Shown in pieces: positions 11,782 to 22,635 of a DNA stretch of 64,000 nt (position 1 is the stretch's first letter; each line of letters opens with the position of its first letter). The translations under genes were made by a program, and so were the position numbers. Origin of the DNA: Psammoneis japonica (taxonomy: Eukaryota); NCBI GenBank assembly GCA_008632985.1, contig QPGO01000055.1, positions 124,001 to 188,000 on the forward strand, read 5' to 3'. A model generated the notes under the pieces. The model saw only the letters and a list, made by a program, of their open reading frames with translations, was not told the DNA's origin and did not search any database.

Positions 11782-14700
11782 ATGCTCACTGAAGGCATGT
11801 ACAAGACAGGGACCAGCATTGAGCAGATTGTAGAAAGCATCACCACTGCCAACAAACCCAGAAGAGGGAGAACAATCAAGATCCAACGTGCCGCAACAAA
11901 GGTGAAACCCAGACAGAAGAGGCGAACATGGGGCTTGATTATGGCGCTAGCCATGGTGGCCATGCAAGCCGAAGGGAAACACATAAAAGAGCACACCGTC
12001 ACGTTTGACACCGATTCTGGGCCAGTCGGAGTGGACAACAGATGTGCAGGTTGCATGTCCGACCGAACAGAAGACTTCATTGGCGAGCTGAGAGACACAA
12101 GAAGAACCATCAAGGGATTCGGTGGCTCTCGAACTACAGGTGTGAAAGTTGGCACCCTGCTGTGGAGATGGAGTGACGATGAGGGAAAGACACACAAGTT
12201 CGCAATCCCCAACTCATTCTACGTACCTGACGGCAAGGTCCGCCTGCTAAGTCCCCAACACTGGGCAAAGGCACTGAGAGACAACAAGCCGATCGAAGGA
12301 ACTGGATCAAAGACAAACTCGAAAGAGGTCACACTGTTCTGGAACCAACGAAAGCATCGACTGACTATGCCGTTGAGCGAGACTACGAACGTAGCCACCT
12401 TCCGCTTAGCACCGGGTTATCAGAAGTTCGAAGCATTTTGCGCCGACGCGGACATCGATCCAGCGAAAGAAGTGGACGATCCTCTCCTTGCACAAGATGC
12501 AGCAGTTGTCAGTGATGACGAGGACGAGGAAGAGACGGATGTCCAATGCGATGCAAAAAGCATCGCCAAGGAATGGCAACCTGAACCCCAGGAGGTGGCG
12601 CAAGAGACAGGGTTGGCTGCCGATCAGCGCGTCCACCCACTGGGAGCAACGTTTGACATAAATGGGCCAACAAGCAGTGGCAACTCAGAGGGAGCACCGA
12701 CTGCTCCACCGCCACGAGTGGTGGAAGATGAAGAAGACAGACAGCCAGATACGGATGCGGCGCTGCTCCTCAAGCACCACCAACAATTTGGGCACATTGG
12801 CTTCACAAAGTTGCAATGGATGGCAAAGATGGGCATTCTACCAAGACGGCTCGCAAAGTGCAACGTGCCTGCTTGCTCGGCATGCCTGTGCGCAAAGGCG
12901 ACCAAGAGAAAATGGCGCGACAAGGCACGGAACGATGATGCCGAGATAGAAGCTCCAACAAAACCAGGCCAAATTGTCTCAGTGGATCAATTGGTGTCTC
13001 CGACACCGGGTCTAATCGCACAAATGACGGGCTTCTTGACCACAAAACGGCACAAGTGCGCCACAGTCTATGTCGACCAGCACTCCAAATTGGGCCACGT
13101 TTGTCTGCAAAAGACAGCAACGGCAGCTGAAACGTTAGAGGGAAAACAAGCTTTCGAGTTGCATGCAAAGAGTTGTGGCGTGACCGTTCAGGCTTGCCAT
13201 GCTGACAACGGAACATTCAAGGCCAACAACTGGGTGCACACGTGCAGGAGACAAGGGCAACAACTGACGTTCGCTGCCGCAGGCGCTCATCACCAAAATG
13301 GCACAGCAGAGCGACGGATCCGAGAGCTCCAAGAGCTCGCCCAAACAATGTTGATCCATGCCAACAGCCGCTGGAAGAAGTGCATTGCCACAAATTTATG
13401 GCCCTGCGCGATTCGCATGGCCTGTGACGCCATCAATCATGCGCCCAACCTCCAACACAAAGACCGATCAGGCCCACTCCAGCTGTTTTCCAACACGAAA
13501 GTTGCCACCAATCCAAAGCACTGGAAACCATTGGGTTGCCCAGTGTACGTGTTGGACTCCGCATTGCAATCAGGTCTGTCGTGTCACAAATGGAAAGACA
13601 GATCAAGGGTTGGAATGCACTTAGGCCGAAGCCCACAACATGGCAAGAACGTGGCCCTGGCACTCGACCGAGAGTCGGCACTATAAAAGCCGGGTTCGTT
13701 GCTCAGAGGGAGACAAAAGGAACCAAGAAGAGTGGCGAGACCAAAACGGCTCCCACAAGTGCTCCGGATCGTCCCAAGAAGAAGTGCGCACGAGCTTCAG
13801 AGGGAGCGGGGCAAGGCAAGAAACGAAGAACCATTCGTTGGGCTGACCAACTAACACGGCCACAAGATGGCGATGCTGCAGCAACCGACAGCCAATCGGT
13901 GTCCGAACGAGAGATGCGCCGAGAGCCCAATCACAACAAGGCCAACGCATCCGAAAGGACTGAATCTCTAGAAGCACCTCCACATGAGGGCGAGTCTGAT
14001 CAAGCATGAGACGGTCATGCTGAACCAAAAGTGACACGATCAGGGCGCAAGAGCCAACCGGTCAGCAGATTGATTGAGTCCATGGAGACTGAGATCAAGA
14101 AAGACACTGAAGGAGGCGTCGACGGAGAACTGCTGTGCTTGGCCGCACTGCATCCTCGAGACTCGCAAGCCCTCCAAGAAGAAGTCGCAAATCCCCTCCT
14201 TGCCTGCAAAGCATCAGCAGATCCTGACACCATGTGCATGCACCAAGCCATGAAAGAACCGGACCGCAAGGAGTTCCTCAAGGCGATGCAAAAAGAGGTG
14301 AAGGATCAAATGGAAAATGGAAACTGCTCCATCATTCCAAGATCACAGGTGAAACAAGACAGAAAAGCACTGCCTGCAGTGTGGCAAATGAAGCGAAAGC
14401 GAGACATGCGCACCCGAAAGGTGAAGAAGTGGAAAGCGCGACTTGACATTGACGGCTCGAGGATGAGAAAAGGAAAAGACTACGATGAGACGCATGCGCC
14501 GGTTGCATCACGAAATTCAATGCAGCTGCTGCTTGCCTTAGCAGGAGCACATGGGTGGCATTCAAAGCAACTGGATTGTGTCCTCGCTTTTCCTCAAGCA
14601 CCGGTCGAAAAGGATCTCTACATGGAGATTCCGTCCGGATTCGAGCTCGAAGGCGCCAACACCAAGGATTATGTCCTGCGCTTGCATCGGAATGCACACG

Positions 14701-15851
14701 GGCAGAAGCAGGCAGGGCGAGTCTGGAACAAGTGTCTCGTGGACAAGTTAGTCAACAAGTTGGGTTTCGAGCAATCCAAGGTCGACGAGTGTGTGTTTTA
14801 TCGCGGAAAAACGATTTGCCTTCTCCACACGGATGATTCTTTGCTCGTAGGCCCTGATGAATCTGAGATCAACAAGATCATAGAGGAAATCAAGCAAGCA
14901 AAGTTAGATGTCACGGTGGAAGGCGACGTTCAAGATTTCCTTGGCATAAACATCACCAGAAAGTCGGATGGAACGATGCACCTGACGCAACCCCACCTGA
15001 TCGACCAGATTCTGAAAGACTTGCGACTTGATAAACCGAGTGTCGTCGGAAAAGACACACCTGCAGCTTCATCCAAGCTCCCATCCAGGCATTCAGAATC
15101 AAGACCATTTGACAATTCCTTCAATTGCAGGTCGATCATCGGCAAGCTGAATCACTTGGAGAAATGCACCCGAAGCGACATCGCGTGCATTGCGCACCAG
15201 TGCGCGAGATTCACTGCAGACCCGAAGGTAGAACATGGCGAGGCCATGCGGTGGCCAGGCAGATGTCTGTATGTCACGAGAGACAAAGGTGCAATTCTGA
15301 AACCAGATTCCAAAAAGGATTTGGAGGTGTACGTAGACGCTGACTTCAGTGGCAATTGGGATCGAAAGGAAGCTGCGAGCGACAGAGATGCCACAAGATC
15401 CCGTCACGGGTGTGTCATCACTTACGCTGGTTGTCCCATCCTTTGGAAGTCTCAGCTACAGACTGAAATGGCGTTGTCCAGTGCCGAAAGTGAACACACC
15501 GGATTGTCGTATGCCTTGCGAGAGGCCATCCCTGTGATGGAAATGTTGAAGGAACTGAAGTTGCGAGGGCATCCAATCAACTCGACGACGGCGAAGATGC
15601 GCTGCAAAGTTTTTGAGGACAACAGCGGCGCTCTGGAAATGGCGAAGGTACACAAGTGCAGACCGCGCACCAAGCACCTCAACGTGAAGCTGCACCATTT
15701 CCGTGACTGTGTCAGTCGAAAGGAGATCTCAATCCACTCTATCGACACCACTGCACAATTGGCCGATTTTCTAACTAAAGCGGTCAATCTGGACGTTCTG
15801 CTTTGGTTGCGACCGAAAGCAATGGGTTGGTGGGTATTTGAAATACTTTAA
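11782..15851 (+). pseudogene. pol: copia pol (protease, integrase, reverse transcriptase, RNase H), disrupted near 13685 and at a stop at 14007
   Basis: Protease-like GVDNRC; integrase HQQFGH..CSAC, VSVDQ, HADNG and HHQNGTAERRI; RT KARL, GQKQAGRVW and LLHTDD; RNase H VYVDADF, FEDNSGA, RTKH and QLADFLTK. Confidence 0.95.
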
Positions 15852-15920
15852 AAGTGGATTCGCGCGCAAAGTGCGTCAAACCTTCATTTTCGAGATGCAT
15901 GAGATCAAAATGAGAGGGAG

Positions 15921-16128
15921 TGTGAAGATGTCACATTTCATACATCATTGCATTATGACTCACTGTCCCAAAAATGACTCACAAACATCGGTCTTCAATG
16001 AGAGACGAGGAGCCTCTCACATCCTCACAATTTTACTGCAGCTGTTATTGTAACACCTGTTTGATCGCCCCAACACTCACTGGTCATCACTGGCTGCCGC
16101 CACTGATCTGCTTTTGAGCATTTAAACA
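15921..16128 (+). repeat. 3' LTR (TpA-mutated copy)
   Basis: Same length as the 5' LTR and immediately follows the polypurine tract. Confidence 0.96.
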
Positions 16129-19100
16129 CGGCGGGACTCGGAAAAAGTCACAGGAAAGCTCATGCCGGCACCGGCAAAGAAGCATCAAAGCCCCCGTTTG
16201 AGAGAGACATTTTTGTTGTGTTACAGCACAAATGACTGCATGATCGAGCAAGTCATTCAGGGCACCGGACGTTGTCCTGAGGCTTCGCACCAACGCTCAA
16301 CAACTGACAGCGCCATTTTGTTGATCCCACCACCACACAAATTGCGTGTTTGAGCGCACCTCACTCTTCTCTTGCTGCAGCGGGCATCTGAGCCTTTGTT
16401 TTGCAAGAACACCACATTTGGCATGTCATCAGCTGGGGTCTGTTTTTGGGAGGCATCAAGATCAGCAGCCGGCGCCCTGTGTGTGGCAAAAAAAGTGGCA
16501 GCATCGCGAGCAAGTGTGGGCACAGGAGATTGGTTTGGTGGCAGCTGAGAATGAGGCAGCTCAAGATGAGCTCTGGCCCATCATCACACAAGCACAAGGG
16601 TGATGCCACACCATGGCTCTCACGTGCAAAGCAGCAGCCGTTTGGCTCCAAAGAACATTTTGAGACTTTGAGAAAAAGACTGCAGCAGCTCCACCCTGAT
16701 GTTTTAACTCTGGCAAGTGAAGTTCATCAACCAGCTCTTGGTGTGTGGTTGTTGAGCTGGCAAGTCAATGTCACCAAAAAGGGAGCCCCGCCAGGCTTGT
16801 TCCTGCGCCACTTGTTGTGCTTGACTTGGTGATCTGCAATGGCTGTCGGGGTTGCCAAAAGTTGTCAACACAAGTGCAAACTTGTGCAACAACCGGTGCC
16901 TGCCAACACACCAAATGACCAACCAAATGATTTGCTCTAAAGAGTGAGATGAAAGTCAAAGGTGGGGGGTTGATGATTGTGAAAGCCTTCTCACAGAGAG
17001 TCTCCCAGCAAACCACATCAGGTTTTAAAATGTCTTTCCTTCAACACGTCTGGGTGCCTCACAATGTCTGTGCGATCCAATTGCTCCAACAGCAGCTCAA
17101 GAAAAAAGAAGCAGTCAAACAATGTTGATGCAATTTTGCTGGTGCAGCTGCTGCCCCTGGTGCAAAATTTTTGGTGAACAGAAGCTCTCCCTTTCATGCC
17201 TCTGCTCTGGGTTGACTGCAGAGATGCAAGGCATGGAGTGTGAAAGCTCAAAGGTCATGTGACTTTTGCACTGATTTTTCTTTGTGGATTGTGCAGTGCA
17301 TGTTCTTGGCATGGAAGAGGTGGAACTCTGTTGGAGCTTTGCATGCATTGTTGCTGTCAACTGCTGTTGCTGTGCTGGCTGGGTGCAGAAGCTGAAAAAG
17401 AGCACAAGACCCACAACTCAAATCAAGTTGCAAACACAAACTTGCCACATTGACAACAGTCATCAGCACATCTTTCCACTGCAACTTTTTGTCTGTCTGT
17501 CCTGGGAAAACTGCCTCTGAGACCCCAATGTTCTGGCACACTCCTTTGCATGAGAGCGACCTCTCATGTGCACCAAGCAAAGAAGGATGACACTTGGAAT
17601 CCCTGCCACCCAACACCATGTTGACTGGTCTGCATCACACAACTCCACCAACGAATGATCATTGTGGGGGCAATCCTTTCTCACATGCCCAGCTTTGTTG
17701 CATTTCCAGCATCTGGGCCAATCTGCGTCTTTTTGCTCTGCACAAAACTTGTGCCATCATGTTTCTTGTTGGCTCTGTGGTGTCCAACACCTGCAAGAAT
17801 GCCTCCTCAGCTAAATTGGGACAAATGTCAACCCCCAATGTGAGCTGCCGATGCAGGTCTTTCAATGCATGCCAATGATCCTTGGTGCCTTCCACTGGCA
17901 TCACTGCCAACTGTTTGTTCCTTTCTTCTTCATTCCGGGTGTCATCAGCATCCTTGCTGAACCCATCTTCTTTCTTGGCAGTTTCTCTTGGGAAGATCCT
18001 GCCAACTGCTTCCAAGCCTTGACTGCCTGGACATGTGGGGTTGTCTTTTCTCATTTGCATTGAACAAGATCAACTTGAGAACATCCAGCAGTGCTGTCAC
18101 ATCCCAGCCTCCTTTGTGACTCTGGTGAACTCCATCACTCCTTCTGGTTTGTGACAAATGGCCTTGCCTTCTCACATTGCCCCATGATGACATCAAATGC
18201 CCTCGCCTTCCATTGCCCACAAGACTCAAAACGTGTTGTGAGCATTGCTTCTCACAAAAAGAGCAGAGCCCGATGGTCAGCGTGAAACCGTGGCATGTCA
18301 GTGCCTCAAAACTGGATCAAATGGAGATGACAGGCAAGATGTTCCCTTGACTTGGTGGGACAATGGCAAGGAAGACAATTGTTGTCAAGTGTGTTGCTGA
18401 AAAGATCTGTGAAGATTCCATTGTTTTGGCTGTCTGTCCTGTCAACTCCTTTTTTGTTGACAACGGCATTCTCCGAGTGTCAACTTTTGATGTCTAGATT
18501 TTTTGACAGGCGCCAATCTGGCATTCTGACAGGCTGCAATGCGTCCACGGGTCTGACCATGTGGCACTCAGGTGATGGTTTCCCGTCAAGGCAAAAAGTC
18601 CTTCTCCTTGATTGAAGCAAGCTTTGCTTCTCTTTGTTTCTTCGCACTGTGCGTGGAGGTTGCATTTCATGTGTTGGCACCATGAAGTTTGACCTTGCCT
18701 TTCTTCTCAACCCCAATGAAAAGTCGTCCTTCAAAAAGTTTGTGAAACATTCCATGTCAAAGCCCCATGCATGCTCCTTGGAGGAATCAGAAAACTGGTT
18801 TCTCATTCCGATGAGACGGGTGGAGGCAATGACCACAGTGCCGGCATCTTGGGAACTTTGCGGGGACTGCTCGATCAGCCAGCATTCCTCTTCCAAGTTC
18901 TCACATCCCAAGAACACAGTCGGAGGTTCAGCTCTCTGTCAACAAGGAAGCCGCTGAGCAACGAGATGCTCAGATGTTCCACAGCCACAGAGTGGTGTCT
19001 CAATCGGGAGATGATGTCTTTGGTGGCACCTGTGATTCTTCTGTGGTCAACTCCCAGCAGAGGCCCTGGGGGTCAGCCTGCTGGAGGCCCACTGGGACAG

Positions 19101-19908
19101 CCCACCACTCTGTTGCCACCCAAACACAGAAGCTGCTGATGAGGAGATGCCATGTGACAAACGAACACTGCACTCCAGCGCAAGTGGACAAAGAGCAGCT
19201 CCTCTTTGAGACTTCCCCACCAACTCTTTCCTGCAGGAATGCAATGGAAACCGTGCACTCTTTAAGGGAATGTGTCACCACCACAAACTCGCATGCGGAG
19301 ACAAGATTTAAAAGGTGGTTGCGAAGATTCTGGCAAATTTCATGTCGACTGCGATCTGCTGCTGCATCTTTTCAGTGCATCAGACCCAAGACTCTGCGGC
19401 AACACCCCGATGCCCAAATGGCTCCCTTGTTGCCACAGAAAGATGAGGAGACAAAGAAACAGAGATGAGGAATTTCCAACAATCCGTGACAGAAAAAAAA
19501 TGGAATCACTGCATTTCCCACTCTCCGCTGTGCTTTGTCTGATTGCCACACTCTGGATGTTTGTCCGCAAACTTCTTGCATGCACGAAAGAGCTCCCATC
19601 CTGGATGGGCAAGGAGCATGTGCTCTGGGTTCTCATCAGGATCATCGTTGGGATGGGCATCTTCATTGGCATGCTTCATGACAATCCCCACACACAAGCA
19701 GATTTCCGACTTTCGAAGCTTGTCCTTGAGCTTTTCCTCCCAATCACCACAGGCGTCGATGAGGCTTCATAGTTTGAGGTGGTTTTCTGCAGGAAGCTTC
19801 TTCTTCTTTTGCGTCGATTGGTGCTGTTTCTTGGTTTCTGGTTCCTGCTGTGACGCAAGACAACCCTCCATCTCGGCGTGGCGCACCGCGGCTTCTTTCT
19901 CACCGGAG

Positions 19909-20166
19909 GCCTGTTCCAGCTCCAGGTGCTCTGCTTTTCAACACGTGAGAGGCCGATTTTCTGCGCAGTTCAGCGCAATTAACTCCTTCAATTTTGATTG
20001 TTTCGAAAATCGAAAGGTGAGTGTACACCCGAAAACACATGCAAAGTGTACACTCACCCTTCGATTTGGCAAAAAACGGATTTGGAAAAAGTTAATTGCG
20101 CTAAATGCACAAATTTCCAAATGATGGGAATCGAACCCGCGCGGAGCACCTGGAGCTGGAACAGGC
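19909..20166. repeat. Imperfect ~260-bp palindrome, probably two transposon ends back to back
   Basis: GCCTGTTCCAGCTCCAGGTGCTC (19909-19931) pairs with 20144-20166, AGCGCAATTAACT pairs with AGTTAATTGCGCT, and AAATCGAAAGGTGAGTGTA (20007-20025) pairs with TACACTCACCCTTCGATTT (20049-20067). Confidence 0.8.
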
Positions 20167-20675
20167 CCGGACAACAAAGAATCCGACACGCTGCTCGCAG
20201 TGGAGGGCAATGAATGTTCCGGGGGCGGGTCCGACGGGGGCGGGTCCGAATCGGATTTCCATTTGGTGCGCAATGTAGGCTGCGTCGTTGGCTGCTTGAG
20301 CAAGGTTGCTGTTTTCTCTTCTCCAACACGAGCATTGATGTCTGGTGCACCCGCGACCTTGGAGCAGTCTGGCAATGCATCCGCAGACTGTGCTGGAGGG
20401 GTGGCCATTTGCGTCAATGAAGTTTGTGTCAAGGTCGTACGCACTGGAGGACAAAGTGTCAAGTTCAAGAAAGTGTTGCGTTGTTGCTGTCATTTGACGT
20501 GTGATGCACAGACGTTGTTGACTCGCTGTGATGTCAGTTCATGAACAATTCATTCGCGCCATTTTCGCTCCATCCCCACTGCAGTGCACACAGCACATGA
20601 GCCACCCCTGTGCAAGGGCTGCTGTGGGATGCAGGTGGGTGTGGTGCATTGAGCAACAACTCCCATCCCATGGCA

Positions 20676-22635
20676 CCCCCAATTCTCTGGCCACGAAACA
20701 CTGAGGGCAGGAGTTGACCATTTTTCACCCATTCTCAAACCACTCCACCATGATGACACGTCTCCTCCTTCGTCACCAACAAATTGCCAGGACTCCATTC
20801 CTGCTGAAGTTGTTGACATTGACGCTGATGCAAGAGGTGAGACTGTTGCTCCAGCTGTCATGTGCCTCACACAGCACCCCAAACAAGAACATGCAAACTC
20901 ACGCTGTTGTTTTCATGCTCTGCTGCCTGCTGCCTCCTCACCTCCCACAGGTGATGCCCCCTGTGCAAGAACACCATCCCTGCATTTCTCGCCACTGCCA
21001 TGCCTGATGCTGTCAATGTGCAAGGCATTGGGCAAGGTTGTGAAGACTGGGGCACACACCAAGAAGGGCCTCAGTGTCCTCATTGCTCTGGGAGGTGCCA
21101 CTTGCTTCTCACTGTGCACACAATGAGGTTGCATTCCTTGCGCTTGGAAAGGCAAGTCTGATGGATGTCAAGGCACACAGATTTGAAGAATGCGAGCCTC
21201 ACTCTCTCACACTTTTGTGCGTCCTTCTTTTCAATGGGTCAACCCGGTTGCCCACACTGTCAGAAACATCGTCAAGCATGCCGTTGCTGTTGTTGCCTCA
21301 GCCATTGCATTCAAGACCCCCATGAGCACTGGCTCCATTGTTGGATCATCCACAGCTGTTGCTGGTGCACTTTTGCATTCTTGCTGTGAATGCTTCAAAG
21401 GAGAAGAAAGAAGAAGCCAGAGCAGAACATTGTGGAACATTGTTTTGCACATGACAGACTGCGCCATCACGGAGGACAATGCTGTCACTCCGTGTGGGAT
21501 GACACCAACTGCTGGAGCCATCAGCAAAACAATGACTGCTTTCTTGTTGTGCTCACTTTCTGCACATGGTCATCAAAATCATTTTTGACAATCTCCCAAA
21601 ACCAGGCAACCGTCTTGCTCTTGTTCCCCTTGTTGTCTTCCCATGGACCCGGGTGTGTTGTGTTTGCTTCCCAATCATCCTGTTGCAGATGTTCAAAGCA
21701 ATGGGAAAACCCAGGACAGGTGACTGGAAATTGTGCATTGATCAAAAAGCGCTCGGCACATTGCTCGTCCGAGGATGCAAAGCAGGTGGTCATCAGAACA
21801 ACAAATGTTGGGAACCGTGTTGGGTGTGCTGGTCACAGGAGGGGCGGTGACTGGGGAGCAAGCTGCTGCAGCTGCGCTGTGCTCAAGACAGTCATTTGAT
21901 GCCATCATGGGTGCAAGCTGCTGGAGCTGCACAAGACAGTCAGTGTCATTTGATTTCACCACATCCGTCCTGATGATCTGTGGGGGCGCAACCAGCACTG
22001 CGGTGCACTGGAGTGTGAAAAAGAAACAGTGTGAGTCACACAAGGATCACAGGTGTTTTTGGAGCACAGCAGCCACAGAAACATCCTTGCCTTTCAAAAT
22101 GGGTGCAGTGGCATCAGCACTGGGTGCACCAGTCCTGTGAAAGGCAGGCAATGTGCTGGCATTTGGGGCAGTGTCTGTGGCAGGTGCTGCCACATGAGAG
22201 AAACAGCGTCAGTTTGCAGCACAACATTTTGGCGGTGTTTGGCAAAAGAGAGGCAAAGCAACAACATTGCCTCTTGTGTCCATTGCATTGGGAACAGTGC
22301 AGGGTGTGGCACTTCCAGGATGTGGAGCCACGGTGTTGTCATTCACAACAGAAGCTGCGGCAGGCACTGGAGTGTGAGAAACAGAGTGTCCACAAACAAG
22401 CTCTAATTTTGGAAGCAGCAGGCATGCGATGGCCACAGAAATGACATTGCCTGACACACCAGAGTCATCATGGACTGTGTCAACAGGCGCCGTGTCGTGG
22501 CAAAGTGTTCATGACGAATCACTCAACATCATCATGGTGAGTTGTTGTTGACGTGTGTCATTTGTGTGTTGCGCAACAAGAGGCGAAAAATGGTTGAGTG
22601 CTGCCCTCAGTGTTTGGTGGCCAGAGAATTGGGGG
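20676..22635. mobile_element. Putative non-autonomous TIR DNA transposon remnant (~1.96 kb)
   Basis: ~55-bp inverted repeats: CCCCCAATTCTCTGGCCACGAAACACTGAGGGCAG... at 20676-20730 and its complement at 22581-22635. No clear TSD and no transposase recognised. Confidence 0.6.

Larger units (their letters stand above)
9927..16128 (+). mobile_element. Ty1/copia LTR retrotransposon (CoDi-like), both LTRs present, inactivated
   Basis: Two 208-bp TG...CA LTRs flanked by the direct repeat CGGCGG (9921-9926, 16129-16134). Domain order gag-PR-IN-RT-RNaseH; polypurine tract GAGAGGGAG at 15912-15920. Confidence 0.97.

Noticed and set aside
10157..15851. ADAR-type RNA editing or RT error during retrotransposition
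   Set aside because: Both A->G and T->C occur on the same strand, and the two LTRs differ across their whole length, which indicates post-insertion change on both DNA strands.
9927..16128. Classical fungal-type RIP (CpA->TpA) acting on the 5' LTR
   Set aside because: Conserved Tyr motifs in pol show TA is ancestral, and the degenerate blocks are TpA-poor rather than TpA-rich, so the polarity is opposite.
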